Below are positions 28,369 through 38,275 of a DNA stretch of 64,000 nt, in pieces. Numbering within the stretch: position 1 is the stretch's first letter; each line of letters opens with the position of its first letter. Under the pieces are notes generated by a model, which was given only the letters and a program-made list of their open reading frames with translations, did no database searches and was not told the DNA's origin. This DNA comes from Candidatus Daviesbacteria bacterium GW2011_GWA1_41_61. Its GTDB lineage: Bacteria > Patescibacteriota > Microgenomatia > Daviesbacterales > UBA10151. The position numbers were made by a program, and so were the translations under genes. The stretch lies in assembly GCA_000997385.1 (NCBI GenBank), contig LCBT01000001.1, positions 307,663 through 371,662 on the forward strand, read 5' to 3'.

Positions 28369-29193
28369 TCAGGCAGTAATCGGCCGGGCTTGCAAGATAT
28401 AAAAATTACCTTTTTCTAGAGCCCATTCAATATCTTGAGGGTAACCATAATGACTTTCAATTACTTTACCCAAATCTGCCAGCTTTTGAACCTGTTGGTA
28501 AGTCAAAGCTTGTTTACTACCATTCTCATTAGAAAGCTGAACTTCCTTATTTTCTCCATCTTTAAAAATGAGCATTCTTTCTTGGGTTTGGATATCAATA
28601 CTTTTTATCTTTAAAGTATTTTTGTCTGCTACAAAGTTATCAGGGGTAATCATCCCCTGGACTAAATACTCTCCCAAACCAAAACCTGCCTCTATCATTA
28701 TTTCACCATCATTTTTAGTAACCGGGTTTTGGGTAAACATCACCCCAGACACCTCACTTTCCACCATCTTTTGAACTACCACTGCTACTACCAGTTGATC
28801 TTCCGATAAATTTTGTCCAGCAGTATAAGATAAAACCCTTTCAGATCTGATGGAGTTCCAACACTTTCTGATATTTTCGATTAAGTCAGCCCTGGTTACA
28901 TTCAGATAACTCTCCAGCTGTCCGGCCCAAGAGGCAGTTTTAGAGTCTTCAGCAATAGCAGAGGAGCGCACAGCTACTCGCTCTGTTTCTAACCCATTAA
29001 AAGCTTGAAGGATCTCTTCTATAACATCAACAGGAAGCTCATTATTTACAAACTGCCTATAAGTTTTGGCAGTCACTACAAATCCAGGAGGTACTGGGAT
29101 GCCAGCTTGAGTCATCTCCCCCAAAGAAGCTCCTTTCCCCCCAACCTCTGCCACATCCTCCTTAGAAATCTGTTTAAAAGTTTTAATATACAT
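28369..29193 (-). CDS. standalone PPDK_N (pyruvate phosphate dikinase / PEP synthase N-terminal ATP-grasp) domain protein
   Basis: MYIKTFKQISKEDVAEVGGKGASLGEM matches the N-terminus of PEP synthase and rifampin phosphotransferase. 274 aa. Lacks the swivel and TIM-barrel domains. Confidence 0.8.
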   Translation of the reverse strand: MYIKTFKQISKEDVAEVGGKGASLGEMTQAGIPVPPGFVVTAKTYRQFVNNELPVDVIEEILQAFNGLETERVAVRSSAIAEDSKTASWAGQLESYLNVTRADLIENIRKCWNSIRSERVLSYTAGQNLSEDQLVVAVVVQKMVESEVSGVMFTQNPVTKNDGEIMIEAGFGLGEYLVQGMITPDNFVADKNTLKIKSIDIQTQERMLIFKDGENKEVQLSNENGSKQALTYQQVQKLADLGKVIESHYGYPQDIEWALEKGNFYILQARPITA

Positions 29194-29525
29194 TAATTTA
29201 AAATTTTCACTATCCCTTCATTAGCATCAACTTCTACTAAATCTCCATCTTTTAACACTTGAGTAGCTATACCGCTGCCGACAATACAAGGAATACCCAG
29301 CTCACGCGAAACAATAGCTGCATGGCAAGTTACTCCTCCAATATCTGTGACAATCGCTGCTGCTTTTTTAATAGCTGGCATAAACTCAGGTGAGGTCATT
29401 TCTATCACCAAAATCTCCCCTTCTTCCATTGAATCTGCGTCTTGAGGAGATCTTAAAACACGCACTTTGCCTTTGACTAAACCTAATGATGCAATAATAC
29501 CTTTAAGCAAACTATCTTTTTTCAT
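29193..29525 (-). CDS. standalone PEP-utilizing enzyme mobile (swivel phospho-His) domain protein
   Basis: GGVTCHAAIVSRELGIPCIVG with the catalytic His. 110 aa. Confidence 0.8.
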   Translation of the reverse strand: MKKDSLLKGIIASLGLVKGKVRVLRSPQDADSMEEGEILVIEMTSPEFMPAIKKAAAIVTDIGGVTCHAAIVSRELGIPCIVGSGIATQVLKDGDLVEVDANEGIVKILN

Positions 29526-29527
29526 AA

Positions 29528-30586
29528 CTAGCTTACAAAATCATTTCTGGGATCATATAATTTTTTAAAGAAACTGTCTGACAAATTTTTTTCTGAGGGA
29601 TTATTTGATTCATATTCATCCCAAAACTTGTTACCCCAACTTTTCAAACGGTTGTGGAATTCTTTTGGTGGTCTCCAATCTTGTTTGTAATAACTAAAAA
29701 AGGGATTAAACATGTAATAATAAATGTCCGCTCCTTTTTGGATAAAATCCTTAGGTTTCATTTTATTGATTATGTCTAGCTGGACTTTCCTTTGGGTACC
29801 AAAATAATCATCCAGCTTTTTGATTTCTTCTTCACTAGGTAGGAACCGGCCATCAACTTCAACTGCAATTTTCTCCAGATTATTCCAAATATCGCTTTGG
29901 TAAATTATATGGTTCATAAAATCAATCTTCGCTTCAACTTTACCCTTAAAATAATAATAAATACTGATATTTTTATAAGGAATTGCTTGTCCCCAAACAG
30001 GAGAATTTAAATCAGTAAAACTTTTGACAAGAACCGTGTCATTAGTGGAAGTCTGATAAGGACCGTGCCAATACGCGCCATAAGCGTAAATATCAAAATC
30101 AATTGACCAAACAAATGACTCCAAATCAATACTCAAAAAATTAACCACTCTTTTAAAGCTTTTATCAAGCCAGATAAGTTTTGTTATTTTCTTCTTTAAT
30201 TCTTCAGGTTTATAGATCAAGTTCTGCTCGTCTAAAGAAAAAGGGTTAGACGAAATTTGAGATGCTAAAACCTCACAAGTTGCCTCTATTAAAGAAGCCA
30301 TTTCTGATTCTGTGACTTTAAAATGATTAAATTCCCTAGCAACTTTTAACCCCAAAATTGTAAAAGGTAAGAAAAACCATCTTAGAATGTGGGAGGATAC
30401 AGTAGAAAGGCCTGCTTTAAACTGACCTGTATTTTCTTTAAACTTATCAAAAAACTCTATCGCTAAAAGATCATTAAAATAAGCGTCTACTTGACCGGGA
30501 GCTACTGGCCAATATTTTGATTCCCCGCAATTTTGCAAGGACCTAAGTACTGCTTCTAAGTAGTCTTCAACAACTTGATTGTTCAT
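29528..30586 (-). CDS. hypothetical protein (352 aa) in an operon with the split dikinase domains
   Basis: No recognisable motifs. Translationally coupled to its neighbours, with overlaps or gaps of 4 nt or less. Confidence 0.5.
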   Translation of the reverse strand: MNNQVVEDYLEAVLRSLQNCGESKYWPVAPGQVDAYFNDLLAIEFFDKFKENTGQFKAGLSTVSSHILRWFFLPFTILGLKVAREFNHFKVTESEMASLIEATCEVLASQISSNPFSLDEQNLIYKPEELKKKITKLIWLDKSFKRVVNFLSIDLESFVWSIDFDIYAYGAYWHGPYQTSTNDTVLVKSFTDLNSPVWGQAIPYKNISIYYYFKGKVEAKIDFMNHIIYQSDIWNNLEKIAVEVDGRFLPSEEEIKKLDDYFGTQRKVQLDIINKMKPKDFIQKGADIYYYMFNPFFSYYKQDWRPPKEFHNRLKSWGNKFWDEYESNNPSEKNLSDSFFKKLYDPRNDFVS

Positions 30587-31272
30587 GGATTCTTTATTTC
30601 TAATCTTAATCCTTTATAAATTAAAGTTGGTTCTTGGCCAGAAACTGGCAAGCTAATCTTAAATTCTTCACAATTTACCAAAGAGCCTTCCGGCCTTTGT
30701 CCTGTTAAGCCCTGGATAAGCACTTCTGAGGGTCCAGTGTGTGTTATAACAACAATATGTACATCTGGACCTTGAGGAGATAATTTTTTAGCAAAATTAG
30801 CTAACTTTGAAAGATAAGAGTTAAAGTTCTCTCTACTTTTTTCTACAGCTTCAGTTGGATTATCTAGGAAATAATCCAAAGGGTTTTGGCCTTTAAACAA
30901 TACATTCAGCCATTCTTCTGTTGCTTTATCACTGACAGCCAGACGACTAAATGCTTTAGGTCTTTCATTATGGAGTACGATATTTTTACCTGACTTTCTA
31001 ACCAGCTCAGCAACTTCTGCCTGGATTTCTTGGGCAGTTTGTATTGTCCTTAACCGAGAACTTGAATGAAATGCGACAACTGCTCCATCTGATAAATCAT
31101 TAAACAATTTTTCTCCTGCTTGCCTGGCCTGTTGTCTTCCTTTTTCTGTGAGATTACCTTCATAGTCCTCAACTTTTTTATATTCAGCTTCTCCATGACG
31201 GATAAAATGAAGCACTGCTTTTCGGGAAGTCAGTTCTTGTTCTTTAATTTCCCTAGCATCAGAAGTCTCCAT
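30583..31272 (-). CDS. histidine phosphatase superfamily (SixA/PGAM branch) protein
   Basis: LHFIRHGEAEY (RHG motif) and SSRLRTIQTA. 229 aa. Confidence 0.75.
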   Translation of the reverse strand: METSDAREIKEQELTSRKAVLHFIRHGEAEYKKVEDYEGNLTEKGRQQARQAGEKLFNDLSDGAVVAFHSSSRLRTIQTAQEIQAEVAELVRKSGKNIVLHNERPKAFSRLAVSDKATEEWLNVLFKGQNPLDYFLDNPTEAVEKSRENFNSYLSKLANFAKKLSPQGPDVHIVVITHTGPSEVLIQGLTGQRPEGSLVNCEEFKISLPVSGQEPTLIYKGLRLEIKNP

Positions 31273-31409
31273 TTCAGCTTAATCTTAACACCTTCTTTTG
31301 AAGAATCAACCTCTTACTTATCATCCTCTAGATAACATCCTGCTTGACAGGCACGGGTATTCATGCTAGGCTCAAATGAGCTTAATAATTAGGCACAATT
31401 AATCTAGAG

Positions 31410-31697
31410 ATGTCCTACTCTCAATCTAAAAAACTGACTGATACCGAGAAAAAGCTTCAATCTTTAAGAGCTCAACTCTATGGGAAAGATAAAGATTTAA
31501 CCCCCACTTCTCCCTCTAAAACCAACAGCTTTAGCTTTAAATCTTCCCCAGAGGAAGCTGCCCCAGGCACAAAAACTACTGCTGATACTGGATATTTAAG
31601 ACATGACCTGTTAAAAATTCTGCTACTGGCTTCTTTAATGATTGGAGCCCAAGTAGCTTTATACTTTAGTTTAAAAAGTAACTTTATCAAATTTTAA
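31410..31697 (+). CDS. small hypothetical protein with a C-terminal transmembrane helix
   Basis: 95 aa, a low-complexity N-terminus and a hydrophobic C-terminus. Confidence 0.3.
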   Translation: MSYSQSKKLTDTEKKLQSLRAQLYGKDKDLTPTSPSKTNSFSFKSSPEEAAPGTKTTADTGYLRHDLLKILLLASLMIGAQVALYFSLKSNFIKF

Positions 31698-31735
31698 CTA
31701 GACTTGTTAATACCTTATGAAGGGAGGTGATATAA

Positions 31736-31870
31736 ATGGAAATGTACTGTGTCAAATGCCGCACTAAAAGGCAAGCTAACAATCCTCAAAAAATAACTAT
31801 GAAGAATGGCAAACCAGCCACTCAAGGAGAATGTTCAGTTTGTGGCACTAAGATGTTTAGAATTGGTGGT
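31736..31870 (+). CDS. 44-aa zinc-ribbon protein (CxxC...CxxC)
   Basis: Strong SD GGGAGGTGA lies 6 nt upstream of the ATG. MEMYCVKCRTKRQANNPQKITMKNGKPATQGECSVCGTKMFRIGG. Not in the ORF track. Confidence 0.5.
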
Positions 31871-31922
31871 TAACTTCGTAGCGTCGAAGGTGGTCCGATT
31901 TAATCGGGATTTCACCATTTGC

Positions 31923-31953
31923 AAAAACCCTGTACTAAAAGTACAGGGTTTTT
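31923..31953. terminator. bidirectional rho-independent terminator
   Basis: AAAAACCCTGTACT-aaa-AGTACAGGGTTTTT lies between convergent genes. Confidence 0.7.
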
Positions 31954-31975
31954 GTGGGAAATTTTAAAAGATAAA

Positions 31976-33496
31976 TTAACTCTCTTCTTTAGAGCGGTAG
32001 GTTAAAGCCTCTGCCACATATTCTACTGAAATACTTTCTGATGAAGCTAAATCAGCAATAGTTCTAGAAAGCTTTAAAACCCGGTGATAACCCCTGGCTG
32101 ATAAGTTCATCTGGGAGATGGCTAACTTTAAAAGCTCCAAACCTTCTGGGGTAATCTGGCAAAACTGTTTTATATGCGGATTGCCCATCTCGGAGTTGGT
32201 TAAAATGCCCAGTCCTTGAAATCTTTTTAGCTGAATCTGCCTGGCTGCTTCTATCCTGGCTCTAATGGCTGCAGAATCCTCTGCCTCCTCTTGACCCGTC
32301 AGTTTATCCACATCGACTGCCGGCACATCTAAATGAATATCAATCCTATCCAAGAGTGGTCCGGAGATCCTTTTTTTATACCTGGCTATTTGCCCGGGCA
32401 TACAACAACAGTTTCTGTTGGGACTGCCTAAGCTGCCACAGGGACAGGGATTGTGAGCCGCCAGGAGGATAAATTGAGAGGGGAAGGTTAAAGTGCCCGA
32501 GCTTCGAGAGATGGTTACTTTCCGATCTTCCACCGGTTGTCTTAAGGCTTCTAAAACTTGCCGGGGGAATTCCGGCAGTTCGTCCAAAAACAACACCCCC
32601 CGATGAGCCAAAGAGACCTCTCCCGGTTTGATATTATTTCCCCCGCCGATAATTCCCACATAAGAGGCAGTATGATGAGGAGATCTAAAGGGCCTTTTAG
32701 TAATCAATGGTTGGGAAGATGTTAAGTTCCCCGAGACAGAGTAGATCTTGGTGACCTCTAAAGCTTCCTCTTTACTCATAACAGGCAAGATAGAAGCAAA
32801 AGCCCTGGCCAAAAGCGTTTTTCCAGCTCCGGGAGGACCTTTTAAAATGATGTTGTGCGCCCCGGCAGCAGCTATCTCCATTGCCCTTCTAGCTTGATGT
32901 TGGCCTTTAATATCCTTAAAGTCATACTCAAAGGTAGCTCCATCAGTTAAATTTAAATCTGTTAAAGGCTGAGGGGAGATGGCTAAAGTTTTATTTAAAA
33001 ATTTAAAAACCTCTAGCAAATTTTTAAAGGGGTAAACTTCGATCCCTTCCACTACCGCTGCCTCTAAGGCATTATCACAAGACACAAAGATCCTTTTTAA
33101 ACCTACAGATTTAGCCAAAATAGTATAGGATAACACTCCATGAGTTGCCCTTAAGCTGCCATCCAAAGACAGCTCTCCTATAACTAAAGTATCAGATAAA
33201 TCCACTTCCAGCTGCTGGGAGGCTAAAAGCAACCCCAAGGCAATAGGTAAATCAAAAGCCGGCCCTTCTTTAGGCAAATCAGCCGGGGCTAAATTGACGG
33301 TAATCCTTTTAGCTGGAAAGTCTGCCCCGCAGTTTCGAAGAGCAGACCTGACCCTTTCCCTGGACTCCTCGACAGCTCGATCTGCCAAACCCACTAAGGT
33401 AAAAGAAGGCAGTCCTTGAGCAGCAATATCCACCTCTACTTCTACAGGCACAGATTCCAGCCCTACATTAGCCCCAGAGATCACCTTAGCCAGCAT
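31976..33496 (-). CDS. YifB/ComM-family Mg-chelatase-like AAA+ ATPase
   Basis: N-terminal Lon-like domain (MLAKVISGANVGLESVPVEVEVD), Walker A GPPGAGKT, and full length (506 aa). Confidence 0.9.
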   Translation of the reverse strand: MLAKVISGANVGLESVPVEVEVDIAAQGLPSFTLVGLADRAVEESRERVRSALRNCGADFPAKRITVNLAPADLPKEGPAFDLPIALGLLLASQQLEVDLSDTLVIGELSLDGSLRATHGVLSYTILAKSVGLKRIFVSCDNALEAAVVEGIEVYPFKNLLEVFKFLNKTLAISPQPLTDLNLTDGATFEYDFKDIKGQHQARRAMEIAAAGAHNIILKGPPGAGKTLLARAFASILPVMSKEEALEVTKIYSVSGNLTSSQPLITKRPFRSPHHTASYVGIIGGGNNIKPGEVSLAHRGVLFLDELPEFPRQVLEALRQPVEDRKVTISRSSGTLTFPSQFILLAAHNPCPCGSLGSPNRNCCCMPGQIARYKKRISGPLLDRIDIHLDVPAVDVDKLTGQEEAEDSAAIRARIEAARQIQLKRFQGLGILTNSEMGNPHIKQFCQITPEGLELLKLAISQMNLSARGYHRVLKLSRTIADLASSESISVEYVAEALTYRSKEES

Positions 33497-33604
33497 ACCT
33501 TGAGTTTACCAAAAAATATAGGATAGTAATATAGGAAATTAACACCACCTCTAGAACATCTTTTTAGGATTGATTTAAAACCCTAAATTATCTAGACTAA
33601 TGAT

Positions 33605-36451
33605 GTGCCCAAAGATTTAACTGCTCTTTTTTATCCCCAATCCATCGCTGTTTTAGGAGCATCACGTTCTCCTCAAAAAATAGGGGCGGTTGTTTTAAAA
33701 AATATCATTGACTCCCACTTTAACGGTTCAATTTACCCCATCAACCCTCAAGCACAGTCCCTTAACGGCTTAAAGTGTTACCCTGATTTAAGCTTCCTCC
33801 CCCACACCCCCGATCTGGCTATTATCTGTCTTCCTGCCTCATCAATAGTGGAGATACTCAACCAGATAGGAAGAAAGGGGGTTAAAAATGTGGTGGTGTT
33901 CTCAGCCGGTTTTAAAGAGAGCGGAGAGGAAGGAGAGGCTTTAGAAAATCAGTTAGTAGAGATAGCCCAAAAATATCAATTGAATATTTTAGGACCTAAT
34001 TGTTTAGGTTTTGCCAACAATCTCTGCCCCATAAATGCCACCTTTGGAGAGATTGTCAGTCAAATAGGGAACCTGCGTTTTATCTCCCAATCCGGAGCGA
34101 TCGCTGCCGGTCTTTTTGACTGGTTTAAAGTTAGCGGCATAGGGTTTTCTCAATTTGTAACCTTAGGGAATAAGGCAATTTTAAACGAAAATGATCTCTT
34201 AGAGTATTTTGCCGATCACCCGATTTCCATCTCTCAAGAAGGCCTATCTGAGGTGAGTCCCATTGGGATGTATCTGGAATCAATTTCTGACGGGCCAAAT
34301 TTTCTACGTTTAACTGGCCAAATGTCTAAAAAAGATCCCATTTTTATTATTAAACCTGGAAAAACTAAAGAGGCTGCCAAAGCGATGCAATCTCATACCG
34401 GAGCTATTGCCGGGCAAGATGAGGTCTTGGAGGCAGTTTTAAATCAGGCTGGGGTGATCCGTTGCCAAACCCTGGAAGATTTCTTTGATCTATCCCGGGC
34501 CTTTGCCTGGGAAAACGCTCCGCAGGGACCTCAAGTAGCTATTATCTCCAATGCCGGAGGTCCGGCAGTCATCTCAGCTGATGCCGTGATAGAGGAAGGA
34601 TTAGAGTTAGTCCAGTTTGACAGCCCAACTAAAGAACATCTGGCTCAAATTTTACCCCGGGCCTCAACCATCTTAAACCCGGTGGATGTGTTAGGAGATG
34701 CTTTAGCACAGCGTTTTGCTCAAGCTGCCGAGATTATCCTTCAAGGGAATCAATCTCAGGCGTTGGTGGTTATCTTAACGCCTCAGTTGATGACTCAAAT
34801 TGGCCAAACTGCCCAAAATTTAGGAACCCTTTCCCAAAAATACCACAAACCAATCTTTTGTTCCTTTATTGGGGGAAGCCGGATTGCCGAAGGGGAACAA
34901 AAATTGAACGAGTACAAAATTCCTTCTTTTCGTTTTCCAGAACGGGCGATTGCTGCCGTTGGAGCCATGTGGCGCTGGAAAAAACAACAAACTGAACAAA
35001 AAGAGGGTTCATTAACTACTACAGAAGTTCCCTCTAAGATAAGTGCTATAGAAAAAATTATTCAAAACGCCCTGGAAAATAACCAAAAAACCTTGGATAA
35101 TCTTCAATCTAACGACCTGATATCCAAACTGGGTATTCCTACCCCCCCTACCTTGGAAGCGGCAGATCTAAACCAGGCCAAGGATTTTGCTCAAAGCAGC
35201 GGCTGGCCGGTTGTTTTAAAACTTTCCTCACCCGGGCTATTACATAAAAAAGAAATAGGAGGGATTATAACCAATGTTTATAACTGTCACCAACTGGAGA
35301 CAGGCTGGGAAGCGCTGCAAAGAAAGATTACCCAGCTTGATAGTGCCATCCAAGATCATATCAAAATCCAGATTCAAAAAGAGATTGCCCAAGGAATAGA
35401 AACAATCGTCGGGATAAAACATGACCCTACTTTTGGGCCAGTACTGCTCTTTGGCGCAGGAGGCTCTTTGGCCGAACTGATTGCCGACAAAAACATGCAT
35501 CTTTTACCCATAGATCTGACTCAAGCTCAAATATTAGTAAAACAATCCAAAATTTATCCCCTTCTCCAGGGCAAACAAGGGGAACCTCCTTACTTATTAG
35601 ATAAACTCTATCAAACCATCGTCCAGATGGCTAAATTGTCAGAGGTGACTACCGAAATTTCAGAGATGGAAATCAATCCTTTGATTATCACTTTAAATAA
35701 TGTCTGGGCAGTAGATAATAAAGTCATCCTTAAAAAGGGAGAAGAAAAAACTGTACCTAAACCTCAGTTTCGATTGGCCACAACTTTGGAACACACCCAC
35801 CTGGTCAGCAACTTCCACTACTTTACTTTCACTACAAACCAACCCCTCATTTTCCGGCCAGGACAATATATCAGCGTCAAAGTAGCCGGTGACAGAATCA
35901 ACTGTTATTCTATTGCCGGGCAAGATAAACCTAGTGAATTTAATTTACTGGTCAATGTGACACCTGCCGGGCCGGGATCCAAATTTTTTGAAAACTTAAA
36001 AGTGGGAGAAAAAATTACTTTTCTTGGTCCGTTTGGAACTTTTGCCTTCAGTCCCGATGATGGTTCCAGTCATCTGTTATTTTTGGCCACCGGCAGCGGG
36101 TTGGCCCCCTTGATCTATATGATAAATAAAATTCTCCATGAAGATGGTGAACAAAAACAAATCACCTTATATCTGGGATTTAATACCCATCAAGATATCT
36201 TCTGGTTAGACAAGTTCCAAAAATTACAGGCCCAACATCCTAACTTCAATTACCATATTATAGTTTGGAAACCAGATACCAACTGGCAGGGAGAAACAGG
36301 TTTTATCACCCAAGCCATCGAGAAAAATCTTCCCGATACTACTAACTGTTCAGCTTACCTTTGCGGAAATAAGGGGATGATTGTTGACGCCATAAAAGTT
36401 ATAATAGAACGCGGTTGTCCCAAAGATCGGATTTACACCGAAAAATTTTAG
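33605..36451 (+). CDS. ADP-forming acetyl-CoA synthetase (fused alpha and beta domains) with a C-terminal FNR-like FAD/NAD(P)-binding oxidoreductase domain
   Basis: N-terminal CoA-binding domain (IAVLGASRSPQKIG), succinyl-CoA-synthetase-like and ATP-grasp domains. The C-terminal region of about 240 aa has the FNR-family RPGQYISVK, ATGSGLAPL and YLCGNKGM motifs. Confidence 0.8.
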   Translation: MPKDLTALFYPQSIAVLGASRSPQKIGAVVLKNIIDSHFNGSIYPINPQAQSLNGLKCYPDLSFLPHTPDLAIICLPASSIVEILNQIGRKGVKNVVVFSAGFKESGEEGEALENQLVEIAQKYQLNILGPNCLGFANNLCPINATFGEIVSQIGNLRFISQSGAIAAGLFDWFKVSGIGFSQFVTLGNKAILNENDLLEYFADHPISISQEGLSEVSPIGMYLESISDGPNFLRLTGQMSKKDPIFIIKPGKTKEAAKAMQSHTGAIAGQDEVLEAVLNQAGVIRCQTLEDFFDLSRAFAWENAPQGPQVAIISNAGGPAVISADAVIEEGLELVQFDSPTKEHLAQILPRASTILNPVDVLGDALAQRFAQAAEIILQGNQSQALVVILTPQLMTQIGQTAQNLGTLSQKYHKPIFCSFIGGSRIAEGEQKLNEYKIPSFRFPERAIAAVGAMWRWKKQQTEQKEGSLTTTEVPSKISAIEKIIQNALENNQKTLDNLQSNDLISKLGIPTPPTLEAADLNQAKDFAQSSGWPVVLKLSSPGLLHKKEIGGIITNVYNCHQLETGWEALQRKITQLDSAIQDHIKIQIQKEIAQGIETIVGIKHDPTFGPVLLFGAGGSLAELIADKNMHLLPIDLTQAQILVKQSKIYPLLQGKQGEPPYLLDKLYQTIVQMAKLSEVTTEISEMEINPLIITLNNVWAVDNKVILKKGEEKTVPKPQFRLATTLEHTHLVSNFHYFTFTTNQPLIFRPGQYISVKVAGDRINCYSIAGQDKPSEFNLLVNVTPAGPGSKFFENLKVGEKITFLGPFGTFAFSPDDGSSHLLFLATGSGLAPLIYMINKILHEDGEQKQITLYLGFNTHQDIFWLDKFQKLQAQHPNFNYHIIVWKPDTNWQGETGFITQAIEKNLPDTTNCSAYLCGNKGMIVDAIKVIIERGCPKDRIYTEKF

Positions 36452-36454
36452 CTT

Positions 36455-38257
36455 ATGTCAAACAAAGAAGTTTTTTCTGTGAAGATTGGCGGGCAGGCTG
36501 GACAAGGAGTCAAATCAGCGGGACTCATGTTGGCTAAAGTTGCCAACCGCTCGGGATACCATATCTTCACTTACACCGAATACCCTTCTTTAATCCGGGG
36601 CGGACACAATGTTATGCAGATTAATATCTCTCCCCGTCCGGTTTTAGCCCCTTTTAAAACAACCGATCTTTTAGTAGCTTTAAATAAAGAAACTGTTGAC
36701 CTCCATCTAGAAGAACTCCAAGACGGCGGGGGTATTATTTTTGAAGGTGGAGATAATTCCAGCCTTCCTCAAGCTTCTAAAAACCTAAATCTTTACCCTA
36801 TCCCTCTATCTAAATTAGCTACAGACACTGGGGAAAAAGAGCTTTTAATAAACAGTGTGGCTTTAGGAGCCATCCTGGCTATCCTGGGAGGACAATTATC
36901 CACGCTTCAGCAACTTATTGGGGAAGAGTTTGCCAGTAAAGGCAACCCGATAACTTTAGCCAACAACCAAGCAGCCCAAGCAGGATATGACTATGCAGTC
37001 AAAAACTTTGCCCAAAAGAGGGAAAATATATTAAAGCCACTTGAGGAAAGCGGACCTGCCTCCCTGAGTCGAAGCGGGCAAAAGATGATCGTCAACGGCA
37101 ACGAGGCAATATCTTTAGGAGCTATTGCCGGGGGTCTCCAGTTTGCCTCTATTTACCCCATGACTCCCATCACTAACATTTTACATTTTTTGGCTTTGCA
37201 CCAAGATAAATACGGTTATATTTATAAACAACCGGAGGATGAAATTGCGGCTATCAACATGGCCATCGGAGCCTCCTTTGCCGGAGCCAGAGCCATGACA
37301 GCTACCTCCGGGGGTGGTTTTTGTTTGATGAGTGAAGGTTATGGCTTGGCCGCCATCACGGAAACACCTCTAGTTATTATCGAAGGAATGCGTGGAGGGC
37401 CAGCCACCGGCCTACCCACCTGGAGTGGACAAGGGGATCTGCAGTTTGTGCTTCATGCCCACCAAGGGGATTTCCCCCGTCTGGTTTTAGCCCCCGGTGA
37501 TGCCCAAGAAGCTTTCATCTTAACCAGACAAGCTTTTAATTTAGCTGACAAATACCAAACCCCAGTGGTTATCTTAGTCGACAAAAATATCTGTGAAAGT
37601 GACCAAAGCTTCCCCGTCTTTGATACCGCCTTTGAAGTTAACCGCGGGAAGATGACCCGAGAAACTATCCCCGGCTATCAACGGTTTGCTGATAATGGCG
37701 ATGGGGTATCGCTGCGCGCCACTCCTGGGAGTGGTAATTTCTTTATTGCTAACTCTTACGAGCATGACTCTTTAGGACTGACTACTGAAAGAATAAATGA
37801 CCGTCAAACCCAAATGGCCAAAAGGATGACTAAGCTTGAGAGTTGCCAAAGAGAAGACCTTCCCTCTCCCCAGCTTTTTGGGCCGGAGGAAGCTGATATT
37901 ACCATTGTCTCCTGGGGAAGTAATAAAGGGGTCATTTTAGAAGCCGTCAAGCACTTTGATAAAGTTAATTTCTTACATCTGACTTGGCTTAGCCCTTTCC
38001 TTACACCAGAGATTAGAAAGAGGCTAGAGCAAGCCCGTTATTTAATTGATATAGAATGTAACTACTCCGGGCAGTTGGCCAACTTGATCAAAGAAAAAAC
38101 CGGGGTAGATATTTTAGATAGAATGTTAAAAGTTGACGGACGGCCCTTTTTTGTCGAAGAAATCGTGGAGAAAATTACCAGTGTTTTGGAAGTAACCGCT
38201 AACAAGGCAAGTCAGTCCCACCTGCCCAATGGTCAGGTGGAGAACATAATAAATTAA
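36455..38257 (+). CDS. 2-oxoacid:ferredoxin oxidoreductase alpha subunit (fused gamma-alpha type)
   Basis: N-terminal gamma-like domain (VKIGGQAGQGVKSAG) followed by the POR/KOR alpha transketolase-like domain. 600 aa. Confidence 0.85.
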   Translation: MSNKEVFSVKIGGQAGQGVKSAGLMLAKVANRSGYHIFTYTEYPSLIRGGHNVMQINISPRPVLAPFKTTDLLVALNKETVDLHLEELQDGGGIIFEGGDNSSLPQASKNLNLYPIPLSKLATDTGEKELLINSVALGAILAILGGQLSTLQQLIGEEFASKGNPITLANNQAAQAGYDYAVKNFAQKRENILKPLEESGPASLSRSGQKMIVNGNEAISLGAIAGGLQFASIYPMTPITNILHFLALHQDKYGYIYKQPEDEIAAINMAIGASFAGARAMTATSGGGFCLMSEGYGLAAITETPLVIIEGMRGGPATGLPTWSGQGDLQFVLHAHQGDFPRLVLAPGDAQEAFILTRQAFNLADKYQTPVVILVDKNICESDQSFPVFDTAFEVNRGKMTRETIPGYQRFADNGDGVSLRATPGSGNFFIANSYEHDSLGLTTERINDRQTQMAKRMTKLESCQREDLPSPQLFGPEEADITIVSWGSNKGVILEAVKHFDKVNFLHLTWLSPFLTPEIRKRLEQARYLIDIECNYSGQLANLIKEKTGVDILDRMLKVDGRPFFVEEIVEKITSVLEVTANKASQSHLPNGQVENIIN

Positions 38258-38275
38258 CCTGTTACTTATCTACAT

